The notes under the pieces were generated by a model that did not search any database, was not told where the DNA came from, and saw nothing but the letters and a program-made list of their open reading frames with translations. A DNA stretch of 64,000 bases from Octopus sinensis (taxonomy: Eukaryota). Both the position numbers and the translations under genes were made by a program. The stretch lies in NCBI RefSeq assembly GCF_006345805.1, contig NC_043018.1, positions 186,001 to 250,000 on the forward strand, given 5' to 3'. Shown in pieces: positions 12,935-26,080 of this stretch. How positions within the stretch are numbered: position 1 is the first letter of the stretch; each line of letters opens with the position of its first letter.

Positions 12935-13142
12935 CATATATCATAGCGTATTGTGAAGACGCTGTATATTTCCAGCTCAACGTACAGCCACGTTGAGCCG
13001 TCTTTCTTCCCAAGACATACAGTGGATCAAATGGATGCATATATCATAGCGCATTGTGAAGACGCTGTATATTTCCAGCTCAACGTACAGCCACGTTGAG
13101 CCGTCTTTCTTCGCAAGACATACAGTGGATCAAATGGATGCA
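12935..13142. repeat. 103-bp tandem duplication
   Basis: catatatcatagcg...caaatggatg starts at 12935 and 13038; two mismatches. Confidence 0.95.
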
Positions 13143-13577
13143 GGGTTAACACATAAATATACAATTTATCCGTGAAATGTAACCAAAGTTGTTACAGGGC
13201 AGGTCATACATCTCTATAAAGAGAAAAACAACAGGATTGGTTTCGGTAACTGATAGCATTAACAATCTAGACTCTGTCAACCGGATCGTAATTTTTTTGC
13301 GCATAGTGGCTCATGAAGAGATAAAATCCGAGGTGTAACCAATTTGTATTGTATGTATATTTTAGAAAAAGAAAATTGCATGTTTTGCCTTTCAGATTAT
13401 CTCGAAATGTTGCGTTCTACACTATGAATTTCCGCACACACCCGCGCACACATACACACATATACATACACTTATATAAACAAATATATACACATGCATT
13501 CACACACACACGCACACATATATATATATATACATACAAACGTACATATATATATATATATACATATATATCTACAA

Positions 13578-13642
<65 letters not shown>

Positions 13643-13817
13643 TATCTACAAACACACACACACACACACACACATATAGATATATATATATAAGCATAAA
13701 TCTTTCAATGATCGATGAATACCTACTGCATTCATATCTTACAATCATTTCTACGTGCATAAATATACGTGTGCCTGTGTGGTGGTCGTTGATGGGTGAG
13801 TGTTATGTATGTGTATG

Positions 13818-13873
<56 letters not shown>

Positions 13874-14570
13874 ATATATGGATATAAATGCACACACACA
13901 TATACATATATATATATGTGTGTGTGTGTGAGTGTACGCCCGCACACAAACACTCATACATATACGTTATTATCCACATTCTCTTGTGTACGTACTGTTT
14001 TCGTTTCTATTCCGAAAAACTGCTATATATATATATGTTCTATTTTAAAGAAGACCCGAACGCTGGTTATATTTTTGACAGCTAGATGTAATGACATATG
14101 TCATAACAGCAATAACTGTCTGCAATAGATACTGTACAAAAAAAAACCTATTTGCCGTGGCCTACTGAAGACCTTCTGGCTAGAAGCCTACGTGAAAAGA
14201 TTCCGTTACAAAGCCTGCTCAATATATCATGAAATCACTAGTTCGGACTGGAATTTTTATTTTTGTATTTTCTGTGTTTTTTCTGTGTTTTTGTTTTTGT
14301 TTTTTTTTGTTTTTTTTTTTTTTTTTCTTTATCCGGAACGCTATCATCCAATGATATTCAAACTCGTTCCCTTTCACTCCCTCATTCTTTCCCTCTTGTT
14401 CCTCGTACTTACTATCTCTCTTCCTCTTTCACTCTCTCTTTCTTTCTCTTTCTATCAGCCCACCCTCCCTCTGTTCCCTCTTCCTTTGCCCAATCTCTTT
14501 TTATCACCTCTATTGCATATTTATTATATTAAGATTGTATGTCTATTCGTGAACGTGTATATATAAATTA

Positions 14571-14663
<93 letters not shown>

Positions 14664-14672
14664 CATATATAT

Positions 14673-14705
<33 letters not shown>

Positions 14706-14921
14706 TATATATATTATATATATAAAGAGAGAGAGGTCCAGAAAGAGATAGAGATAATACATGCAAAATGTATGGATATACAATGTATTTACATGTATAT
14801 ATGTGTGTGAGTCTCTCTGTGTATGTGTCTGCGTGCGCGTGTGTAGATAGATATACAGATAAATAGAAATAGATATGGATGCAAATATATGAGAAGATTC
14901 ATATGTATATGTATTCATATA

Positions 14922-14966
<45 letters not shown>

Positions 14967-14993
14967 TTTATTTTAAGCAGCAGAAAATTCAAC

Positions 14994-15041
14994 AAAATCT
15001 GTTACTCTGAGTTTCTCGTTGCCGTTCATCAGACAGTTTTT
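14994..15041 (-). ncRNA. Minimal type I hammerhead ribozyme motif
   Basis: AAAAACTGT-CTGATGA-ACG gcaa CGA-GAAAC tcaga GTA-ACAGATTTT. Helix I has 8 bp with one A.A mismatch, the core is intact with a GUA site, and the helix II base pair is an A.A mismatch. Confidence 0.65.
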
Positions 15042-16043
15042 GCTAGAATGGAACATATATATTAATTCAATCTATACTCTTACAAACGCTACACCTTTAA
15101 AAAGAAATGGACTTGTTTGATTGGCCCTTTAGAAAAAACGGTCAATCTTCGAGCGATAAACAAAAAGGTCAAAAATATATGTATATATATATAAAAACTT
15201 ATAAAAATTATAAAATCCGAGGAAAAAACCTATTGACGTTAATGAAGACAGTGCAAATTAATGCATAGAAATTAAACCTGTTATAAATACTGCAATACAT
15301 ATTTATATTAAAATCTACATATATATATCAACATACACAAAAGGATGTGCGTAAACGCCATACATACATATACAGACGTATGAGTATAAATCTAAATATA
15401 CACATAAAAGCATGTGTACATATATTCACGCAAACCGTCTCGCACGCAAGCTAAAATTCATCTATGTAGCAATTCTCATATACTGGGCAAGGAGGGGGAA
15501 CGAAAGAAAGGGAGAGAGAGAAAAAGGAACGAAGGAGGGGTGGGGAAAAAACGAAATAAGAAAAAAATTCATATATACAAGCAGTGTAACTGTGTTATTG
15601 GCATCTATAGAGACCAGTATACATACACAAGTTTGAATGGATACATATACATACCGTCGTGTATATGTGTGCTTAAGCACAAACATACTTTCACTTACAC
15701 ATACACAGATACGCATGCTTACAAATACATATGCTTTGCTATACACATACTTATATAAACATTCTAATTTTGACAACATTGCTTTTTTTAAAAAACATTG
15801 CTTTTAAAAATGGGTGCATTAATAAAAATATATACGAAAGACATATAAAATAAAATATAACATCCTATTTTGGGTCATTTATAAATAATCAAGGTAATAT
15901 AAATAATCAAGGTAATCCTATGAAAACAAAGTTTGTAGGTTTTTCCTAATATATATGTAGAAACAATAAGACTTTGCTATAGATCCGTCGTAGCGCTCAA
16001 GAGTCAAAATCAAAATCAAATATCAAAATACAAAATATATACT

Positions 16044-17077
16044 CTATCCATATGGTATATTTATATTCGACATTTTAAATTTAGCCGCGTGCCTACATAA
16101 GTTCATTAACTCACTTCTTTGATTCAAAGAATTATTGTCTTTGAATAAGATGTACATTTTTTCTAATAGACAAAGTCTGCACTTGAAATTATTTTTGTAA
16201 GCTCCATGCCTGTATGGTGCCGTCCTGTCCAGAATGCTTCATGTCACGTTGAAAGGTGGGGCTTCCTTTTCTTTTAGTTCCCAGACATATTTTGCTAGGC
16301 TGGTTTTCTTCCTATTCTCTGGGTATTTAAATGAATTTTTATGAGAATAAAATCTTGTTTTAAATGAATTTTCTGAAGCCCCTGTGTATGTCTTGTATTC
16401 CGATGAGCCTTCACTTGCACCTTGGCTCTATAAACTACTCTTTTCACTAGACATTTCCCTTCTAACGGACAGGAGCTTTCGTTTTTGAAATTACATTTCT
16501 TAATGGGCTCGGCACCATGTCTAATCTCAATTAGCTTCCTATTATGTTGGCTAATGTAAGAGGCGAAATTTCTGCAACAAGAATAGCTAACCTTCAGGGT
16601 TCTTCTATTAAACATTCTGTAGAATTTATGACCCTGCTTAAAATGCTTAGAGACTAATCTCAAAAATTCCTTACCTATATTAGTCTTTACGGCCAAATTG
16701 AAAGCCGGGTTGAACCACAAAACTTTCCTGGTCCTAGTTCTTCGTGCAGCATTATTATCAGCATTAAGCTGGTTGAACTGGATCTTCTCAGAGAATCCAC
16801 TATTCTTTAATGCGCTATCGTAATAAGGTGCAGCATTATGCATTGCTACCTCGTCCGAAGAAATTGAAGATATTCTTCTACCTACATTGCTGACTAAGTT
16901 GCTAAGGATAACTGGTGGATGGTTCGAATCTTTGCTAATATACGATAGCTTTTCATTGGGCTTACGGAAAGGTTTAAATCTATCCGATCTTACATTAAAA
17001 TTTACGTCTAAAAAATCTACACTATTCAGGTTAGCATCTATCGTAACCCGTAAGCCCATCCTTTGAAAGAAAGCTAT
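16044..17077 (-). mobile_element. 5'-truncated Penelope-like element (RT thumb, linker, GIY-YIG), Hydra-like, frameshifted
   Basis: VDFLDVNF, SNHPP, WFNP, LKVSYSC, CNFKNESSCPLEGKC, VVYRAKV. After a frameshift: YTGASENSFKTRFYSHKNSF...CRLCLLEK...LNQRSEL...CRH, ending at TAG 16044-16046. The 5' end abuts (TA)n. Confidence 0.85.
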
Positions 17078-17087
17078 ATATATATAT

Positions 17088-17390
17088 GGAGGCGTAATGG
17101 TCCAGTGGTTAGGACAGCGGACTCGCGGTCGTAGGAACGCGATTTCGATCCCCAGACCAGGTGTTTATTGAGCGAAAACACCTTTCTTCGCTTTTCTGTT
17201 GTGCCTGTATTTCAAAAGGGCCAGCCTTGTCACATTCTGTGTTACGCTGAATCTCCTGGAGAACTACGTTAAGGGTACCCGTGTCTGTGTGTGAACTGCC
17301 CAGCCACTTGCTTGTTAATTTCACGAGCAGGCCGTTTCGTTGATCAGATCAACTGGAATGGAACCCTCGTCGTCGTAACCGACGGAGTGC
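17088..17390 (+). mobile_element. SINE type A (tRNA-Arg-like head), internally deleted
   Basis: ggaggcgtaatggtccagtggttagg...gactcgcgg...ttcgatcccc, followed by the type A tail. Confidence 0.85.
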
Positions 17391-17396
17391 TGCGAT

Positions 17397-17483
<87 letters not shown>

Positions 17484-17668
17484 CCGTCAGTAAATTATAT
17501 AAAGATATCACTCAGCATCAGCATTGCTTGAAATGGGAGTAAAAACAACTTATTGCCACGGAAAGCACTTATCATAATGACTGGCAAGGTAGGCAACCTC
17601 CTAGCAATACGGTGCTGACTCATGCCCTTGCTCAATTGCGAATAAGACACCTTCGCTATATATATATA

Positions 17669-18403
17669 CAAGGTATGGACAAAATTATGGAAACACATAA
17701 TTACAAGCAATTTTATTTTAATATGGCGTAGGGCCGCATTTCGCAGTAATTACAGCTTGAATTCTACGAGGTATGGACTCGGCCAAAGTGTGAATTGTTT
17801 CCAAAGAATTTTTGTCCTTTCTTCAGCTAAAACAGTCTCCAGTTCTTGTAGTGATGATGGTGGAGGATATTGACTCCTCACTTTTTTTTCTAAAATGCAC
17901 CATAAATGTTCAATAATATTGAAATCTGGGGACTGTAGTGGCCAGATAAGATGTTCAACTTTACTAGAATGTTCCTCTTGCAATTCAGTAATAACTTCAG
18001 CTGTGTGAATTGGTGCATTATCATCCTGAAAGATTGTGTTTCTCTCCGGAAACAGTTCCGTAACCACAGGATGAATTTATCAGATAAAATGCTTAAGTAG
18101 TCTTGACTATTAATTCTGTCATGTAGGGAAACCATTGGGCTGGCGGATTTCCAAGATATAGCCCACCCAGCCAGATCATCACAGATCCTCCTTCATGTTT
18201 AACAGGTGGAAGAAGGCAGTCTGGGTCAAATACTTCTTTTCACTGTCTCCACACGTATAGTCGGTCGGTGGTTGGAAATGAGGTAAATGATGACTCGTCC
18301 TAGAAAATAACATTTCCCACTGCTCTATAGGCCAATTCTTTAGGTTTTTACTCCACCCTAAATACTTTGCAACGTTTGTTTTTGAAAGTAGTGGTTTTCT
18401 GAT
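17669..18403 (-). mobile_element. Tc1-family transposase pseudogene, 3' half with TIR
   Basis: RKPLLSKTN, FQDDNAPIH, WPLQSPDFNIIEHLW (DD34E region) and RRIQAVITAKCGPTPY*. The terminus caaggtatggacaaaattatggaaacac follows TA at 17667-17668. Confidence 0.9.
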
Positions 18404-19110
18404 TAAAGAATTCATATTTTTTCCATCCAGATGATTTTGAAGACTGCCAAATAAACGATAATGAGATGGGGCAATATCTATCATAGATGGTGTGTGGGGC
18501 ATCGTTTCCCATTCCAACTGCTCCAGCCTTTGGAATGTCCTAATTATTCTAATGGAAGAACACCTTTCACATTGAAACCGAAGATGCTCGTTTATCTTCT
18601 AGCTCTGACTTGAGCCGCTCAAGTTGCCCGAGGCAGACCTCTTTCGTCATCGCTAGGTTTGAGTTTAAAAGTTCAAAGTGAACTATACCTTTCATATCCC
18701 ACCAAACAGATAACAACAGCTTATGTGATTGAAAACCTTCTTTAGCCTGGGGTGCGGTGTTTCTCCTTTCCCTACCTACTGTCTTCGGCACTTGACATTT
18801 TTATAGAGAACCCATTTCTCGTCTCCAGTCACTATTCGGTCCCAAAATGGTTCATTCGTGAGACGTGACTGCAAAAAAAAGCACACATTCACTCTCTGCA
18901 TGCGATTATACTTGGAAATTAGTGAGGAACCCCCATTGACCCAATTTGCTGACTTTTCCGATGGCACGCAGGTATTGAACGATTGGTTGCAAGTTTGTAG
19001 CAGGTAGATAATCCATATTCGCATTCGTATTCATTGCCATGGTAGTAGCAGGATTCATAGAAGAGGTTTCGTGGGAATATTGAATTCACAAGCGATCCCC
19101 GACATCTCAC
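18404..19110 (-). mobile_element. Mariner transposase pseudogene fragment
   Basis: AIGKVSKLGQW, IVTGDEKWVLY, LLSVWWDMKGIVHFELL, HTPSMIDIAPSHYRLFGSLQNHL across frameshifts. Confidence 0.9.
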
Positions 19111-19114
19111 ATGC

Positions 19115-19458
19115 ATATCCCAAGTGACGGGACGCCGTTTGCCGCGGTGTCTCCACAGTCGCAGGGAGAGAACGACCTCAAAGCCGTCGGTTGCCGATCA
19201 GACGCCTCTTTGAATTTTTACCAGAGCCCCCTTGGCCAAGCTGCGGCCCTAATACCACTCGGTGCCAGAACAATCTGCCTTGATTGGCCCTACCAGGAAC
19301 CGAAGTTCCCGACAGCAAAGCTCTGACACTACCCGTTTACACCACCCTACCGCTTTGAGGAGGAGTTGGACTTTAGGGTTTGTGATGCCGTCAGGAACAG
19401 AGAAGAAGCTGGCTCAACCCGCCCTGGGTGAACACCGTCACAAGTACAAGTACAAGTA
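19115..19458 (+). mobile_element. Probable 3' end of a non-LTR (RTE-like) element
   Basis: GC-richer block ending in a (CAAGTA)3 tail. Family assignment is from the tail style only. Confidence 0.35.
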
Positions 19459-20718
19459 TTGGATTATTGAATGACCAAATCCAAGCCTTTCTGCTAGTTA
19501 CTCTTGTCCGGCCGGGATCTTGTCCGGCCGGGATTTTCAGGATGTCCTCTTCAAGGTCTACAGAACTTCCAGGATGAGATTTTCCAGTCTTCTACACTGT
19601 AGTTTCCGGTTCGGAAATTCTTGACACTGGATTACGCTTATTGTCCGATTTGCATAAATGTATCTAGCACTTTCCTTTGCGCTGTTGCTTTTATTGAACC
19701 CATAAAGCAAAATATACCGAATATGTCCATTTGCCACTCCTATTATAGCTTTGAAAATATAACTGTTAATCGGACTGCATTCTTGAAAACTTGCACTAAG
19801 AATATGTAGAAGTTAAAATTGCTACCTGCTTTTATAGCATTTATTACCTTGTCCAAAAAACGAAAAATCAGCCTCACGGTTCCTCATTCCTAAAAAGTAT
19901 CTTTAGCTGGTTGTAGGAATATAGGTTGATATTTTAATACTGCGGATTTGTTTCCAGTGCTTGTAACAGATTGACCTCTATTAATATCACCCAAAGGCAA
20001 GATGTTTGTGATAAACAGGAAAAACTGACCCCAATCGGAATATAGACACGATTTCAGCCACGGAATTTTAACTCACATGTATTATCGAAGGAGACACTTG
20101 CCCAAGGTAACACAGTGACTCTGAACACGAAAACACATGCCAAGGAAACTTCAACAAACACACACAGTGATGCCTCAATGCTAGTTGTTGCTGCTGCTGC
20201 TGGTGCAACTGCAGCTAGTATTGCTGTTGAAGTTTTTGTTGTCCTATAGTTATTCAAGCTGATGTTGCTGTACTTCAGTTTGTTATTGCTGCCGTTGGTT
20301 TCGCTTTTGTTGTGCTTGTTGTTGTAGTGGCTGCTGCTTCTGCTCACAGTGTCTTCTGCCACGGCATTTGCAACGCTTCTCACAAGTAAACATGTTATTT
20401 CAGGAATCTTTCACCAATATTATGATTTTTCCCAATAACTTTTAGCTTTTAGAATTTTTCACCAATCTCTTCAAAAGCTCTTTTCCATTCCACTTAATTC
20501 TCGCCCAATATAATATTATAGATGTATACATACATGCATAAATGCATGCATACATACATACATTCATATATACACACAAATATATATATATATATATGCA
20601 CATGTACATCTATATATATATATATATATTTATATATTTATGTATATGTATATATATATATACATATTTATGTGTGTGTATATATATATATATTGCATAT
20701 ACGTGTACATAAATATTC

Positions 20719-20754
<36 letters not shown>

Positions 20755-21559
20755 ATATATATAATATATATATAGATCTAGATATAAGATAGATAGATAT
20801 AGATAGATAGATAGATAGATACATACATACATACATACATACATACATACATTAATACATACACATACATATATATATATATAACGTATGTATATACACA
20901 CCATATGTGTGTGCATGTGTGTATGTAAACACATCTGTGCGCGCGTACTGTGTGTGTGTGTATGTGTGAGTGTGTGCGCGCACGTACGTGTTTCATTCTA
21001 TTATTCTATTATTCAGCATTCCGTCTTACCGAATATTGCGAAAGTCTTTTGAAGAATTCGCATGCATTTTCATTCTATTATATTTTTATACTTCATTATT
21101 TTCTACTCCCAAGACCATGTTTTCCCAGAGATCAGAGATCTGGTGTGTCTGTTTCACAGCTGCTGTCAATCGAACTCACATGTACGCACAAACAACTCCT
21201 TCAGACACAAATACACACAAACGTACGACTACAGACTCGTATACAAACAAAAAAAACCACATACACGCACATACACACACACACACACGTACGCATACAC
21301 GCACACAGGCACACACACATATATAATGTAAGTTAAAAATAATGGTCATTACATATTTTTCCTTTACTGGAGCAAATTTGCCTTCCAGGTGTTTCCGGTA
21401 GTCATTAGAGGTACATTTCTGATAGGCTTAGTCAATTAGTTAATTGATCAGTTGAGAAAAATTGAACAACCTAAAATATTAATGTTACTTTCGTCAGAGA
21501 CATTTCTGGGTATGTACAAACATACACACAAAGATACATAAGTAGATAGAAAGATAGAT

Positions 21560-21716
21560 AGATAGATAGATAAGTTTCTTTATTGGCCACACAGGGTTGC
21601 ACACAGATGGGACAAGTTACAAGGTAGAGCTTTTCTTTTGGGGGATGAAAAAACAAAAAAAAAAAAAACGAAGAAACAAAAAAAAGGTGGCGTAGTTTTC
21701 GATCAAAAGGGATCGT
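21560..21716 (-). mobile_element. 3' end of a non-LTR element (type F) with AATAAA and (TATC)n tail
   Basis: Minus strand acgatcccttttga...ccctgtgtggccaataaagaaac-(tatc)n; homologous to 28600-28710. Confidence 0.65.
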
Positions 21717-21816
21717 NNNNNNNNNNNNNNNNNNNNNNNNNNNNNNNNNNNNNNNNNNNNNNNNNNNNNNNNNNNNNNNNNNNNNNNNNNNNNNNNNNNN
21801 NNNNNNNNNNNNNNNN
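21717..21816. other. Assembly gap (100 N)
   Basis: Run of N. Confidence 1.
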
Positions 21817-21997
21817 CCAGATGGACGGGATGCCAGTCCATCGCAGCATTACTCATTCTTGCTAGCTGAGTGGACTGGAGCAACGTGGAATGAAGTGTTT
21901 TGCTCAAAAACACAACGCGTCACCCAGTCCAGGTATCGAAATCACAATCTTACGATCATGATTCTGATACCCTAACCACTAAGCCACGCGCCTCCAC
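21817..21997 (-). mobile_element. CORE-type SINE head with a third tail type
   Basis: ggaggcgcgtggcttagtggttaggg...tttttgagcaaaacac...tgctccagtccactcagct...aatgagtaatgctgcgatggactggc. Confidence 0.8.
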
Positions 21998-22013
21998 ACA
22001 CACACACACACAC

Positions 22014-22064
<51 letters not shown>

Positions 22065-23002
22065 AATACTATATAATTTATATGCCAATATATATATATA
22101 TATATAAATACACATGTAAATATATGTACATATATTTGTATGTGTGTATCCGTGTGTGTGTGTGTATGTGTACTATGGGAAATTCTACCTCCCGATATTA
22201 TGCAGTTGTTGTGTACCTGTGTGGTTGTCGCGTGTTAGACTTTTATCTAAACAGAATTTTATCGTCATATTTTTATCAAAAATTACTCCAAATTTTCTCT
22301 GAACTTACATTTGCGTCCCATTCTACGGATTCATACTCTTTTCTTATTTTCCTTTTTTGCTGTTTCTCTTCAGTTTTTTTCCCCATCTGTCCATCTGCTT
22401 TATATTCACATCTTGCCCCTCTTCGTGCCGTGTTTTCTTTTCTCTCAGAAGTCAGTTAGTCCCGCAGGTATGTCATATACTATTTTACCTATGTTGTTCA
22501 CAAAATACACCTACAATTTTGAACATCAAACGACTAACAATTCTCTAGTCTCCCCTTTTACCACTCGCTTTCCATTCCTGACACTCACACTCTACCCAAA
22601 CGTAACTGTCGTGAACAAACATCAACATTACACTCTTACTAACTCATGCCGTTATGTTTCTGTACTTACACATCTCCGTATGAATAACCACAACACAAAA
22701 ACCACATTCATAGCAATGTCTCATTATGATTCCCTCAAACTCGGATGCACTGTTTCATGCTCAGACCAGCTTACCCCTACATCTCTTTTTTATTCTTCCT
22801 TATTAATTCACATTGCCATCTAACACCTAAAATGGATCTTGTTTTCTCGGGCGCGTTTACTCTAGAATGTTTTTTTAAACATTTGATGAATGACTGGTGC
22901 ACGAAACGTTAAGAATATTTTGTCTTTTTAAAACCGTTAATCTGATTGAAATTTTTAAAAAAATCATCTCTCATCCACTGTAATGTTCATCTTTTCATTT
23001 CA

Positions 23003-23089
<87 letters not shown>

Positions 23090-23099
<10 letters not shown>

Positions 23100-23325
23100 C
23101 TGTGTATGTGTCTGTGTTTGTGTTTTTGTGTTTGTCCCCCCAACATCGCTTGACAATCGATGATGGTGTGTTTACATCCCCGTAACTTAGCGGTTCGGCA
23201 AAAGAGACCGATAGAATAAGTACTAGGCTTACAAAGAATAAGTCCCGGGGTCGATTCGCTCGACTAAAGTCGGTGCTCCAGCATGGCCACAGTCAAATGA
23301 CTGAAACAAGTAAAAGAGTAAAGAG
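23090..23325 (+). mobile_element. SINE type E, 3' half
   Basis: tttgtccccc...ggtgctccagcatggcc...aagtaaaagagtaaagag. Confidence 0.85.
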
Positions 23326-24270
23326 CGAGAGAAAATATCAAGAAATATTTTTTAAAAATGAAATTTCTAAAAAAAAATGGTATTTCAAGAAGTACAGCAG
23401 AATCACTTGGCAAGAGTTACGGTCGGAGATGTTGCTGATGTTTTAATAACATTAAATATCTCTTATTCACCAAATTTTGTTATATGTACATATTGATTTT
23501 TCTGTCGGTTTCTGTGTATGGCGCTCCAACAGCCAGCTAATTTTTCCTTTTAGTGCCAATGTTTTGTGTATGACTGGCCACTCTCTTTCCCAAATAGGGA
23601 TAGCATAGTTTCAGTGCAATAGTTTGACACAATTACAATGAACAATATGCAATATGGGTTTTGTTAGACTTCTTTTGTTAGACTTTTCTGGGTCAGTGGC
23701 CTCACTAGTAGGTTAATTGCGTTTCAGTCAATCTGACCATAAATATCTAAATCCTTATGCATGCATATATACATACATACACACACACACAAAGCACGCG
23801 TACAGAACAACCTTGCTCATGAAAAAGCTGGATTTCTTGCTGACAGCTTTCCCAGAGACAGCTAATACTGAGTTACATACTATCAGTGTCACTCCCGAGC
23901 GATATATATATATATAGAGATAGAGATAGAGAGAGAGAGATGCAGCACGGATTTTTGTCAGTGAACAGGTCGCGGATTTTAGCGACGAAAATATTTTGAC
24001 AAATTAAATTTAAATGTTGAAGTGAATCTAATGGTTTTTGTGTGTTTCTTAAATGGCTTACAAACACCTTCCACGCTGCAATTGTTTTCGTTTCAGCACA
24101 CGATCTCAGATCAAATCACTTGCTATGCGAGTACATCTCCGTATATATATACATTTATATATATAATTATAGCAATAAGGGTTTGCAACAAGTTGCATGA
24201 CCACATACCGACAATTTTAGAAATAGCAGCCAAAGGACTACTATTTCCTTTTTCTACAAATTCTCCACAG

Positions 24271-24318
<48 letters not shown>

Positions 24319-24789
24319 TATATATATAATATATATATATATTATATAAATGTATATATAATAATATATATTATATATATATATATATGTAGAGGTAACA
24401 CACGAGTAAATAGATATTTCAGAAAAAAACGAAAAAAGCTGCTTCTTTTTAAAATTGAGGTACGTTTAAATTTCTTTATATAAATACATTAAAAAATGTC
24501 TCTGTTTCTCCATGTTTGCTGTCTGAATTACCACTAGTAATGCCACGAAAATTTAAGGAAATTACCACGTGCTGTTGCAGGAAAATGATAAGTACACTAT
24601 GGATGATTATTTTAATTATTTTATTAATAACTTTTTTCTCTACATATTTCATATAAGTACATATTTTTGATAAGGCCTTTAAACAACCGAAACATGTAAA
24701 ACAAAAACATATATTTAATATATTTATATAAAGAAATTTAGATAGTACCATGTTCGTTCTTCTTTTTCAAATATATATATATATATATA

Positions 24790-25002
24790 GGGAGAGTTTA
24801 CAAAAAAAAACAAAAGACGAAGACAGGTAGTCTACAAAACAAACAGATGTATTAGTATAATGCTCAGGAATAGAAAAAGTCTTTTACATTTCAAGCCTAC
24901 GCTCTTCTACAAAAAGGAACATAGAAAAAACAAGGAGAGAAAATAGGGAGAGAAAAAAAGGAGAGAAACAATGTGTGTAGTGGCTAACGATCTATCATGG
25001 CG
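24790..25002 (-). mobile_element. ~210-bp PLE pseudo-LTR-like element with decayed hammerhead (24881-24916)
   Basis: Same endpoints and sequence as 33459-33646. Core reads CTTT-TTGTAGAA-GAGC gtag GCTT-GAA-ATGT-A-AAAG (three C-to-T changes). Confidence 0.75.
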
Positions 25003-25674
25003 TCTGTGTATATATGTGTGTGTGTGCGCATGCGTTTGTACAAATTGAATTGTGCGAGACGCAGAAGAAGAGAGAAAATGAAACAAAGAGAGGAAGGATA
25101 ATTTACAGCATTTCTATTTATGAGATTTACTGTAAATGCGAAAGTTTTTCTCTTTGCCGGTACAAAATTTTTCCTTTCCTCACATATATTTCCCACCAAA
25201 GAGCGATTACCGGAAACTTGCACTCACTTTGCAGTTCTCTGTATCATAAAACAAGAAACGACTTTTCCATACAATCTCATATCCTGTTTTAGTTTTACCA
25301 TTATCAGCTTGTTCCGCAATATTTTCACTATATTATAACAGTGTACTGGACTAGACACTAAAGTAGCTTATAAAATTACACGGAATTTCGATTGCATATC
25401 ATATGTCATTATGTCTAACTGATTCAGCTTTTATGCGTACACGGTGTGAGAAACACAACGCCGGCGGTTTGGTCACATAGCTGCAGTCTTTCTCGTTGTG
25501 AGAAAGTGTTTTTCTCTCAGTTGCGTAAATATCTGAAATATCTGTTGCTTCTGCCAGTGCAATGTAGAGAGTGTTAGCACGACTGACTGGGATGAGTGTT
25601 AAACTTTTGGTGACCGAAACGATGAGTATTGGCTTTATGAGTCCTAACAACGTCTACCCTAGAGGTATTTTTTT

Positions 25675-26080
25675 ACTCTCTTTTATTCTTTTACTTGTTT
25701 CAGTCATGTGACTGTGGCCATGCTGGAGCACCACCTTTAGTCAAGCAAATATGCCCCAAGAATAAGCCTAGTACTTATTCTATCGGTCTCTTTTTGCCGA
25801 AGCGCTACGTTACGGGGACGTTAACACACCAGCATCGATTGCCAAGCGATGTTGGGGGGACAAACACAGACACATAAACATATACACACTCATACACGCA
25901 TATATATACATATATAAAACAGGCTTCTTGCAGTTTCCGTGTACCAAATCCACTCACAAGGCGTTGGTCGACCCGACGCTATAGTAGAAGACACTTGTCC
26001 AAGGTGCCACGCAGTGTGACTGAACCCGGAACCATGTGGTTGGTAAGCCAGTTACTTACTACACAGCCACTCCTGCGCCT
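25675..26080 (-). mobile_element. Full-length SINE type E
   Basis: Reverse-complement match to 12487-12893. Confidence 0.9.

Noticed and set aside
19848-19889. 42-nt minus-strand exon candidate (MRNREADFSFFGQ)
   Set aside because: The splice signals are plausible but expected by chance in 64 kb; it cannot be chained to other exons.
22449-22467. 19-nt plus-strand micro-exon candidate with strong signals
   Set aside because: Isolated, with no frame context.
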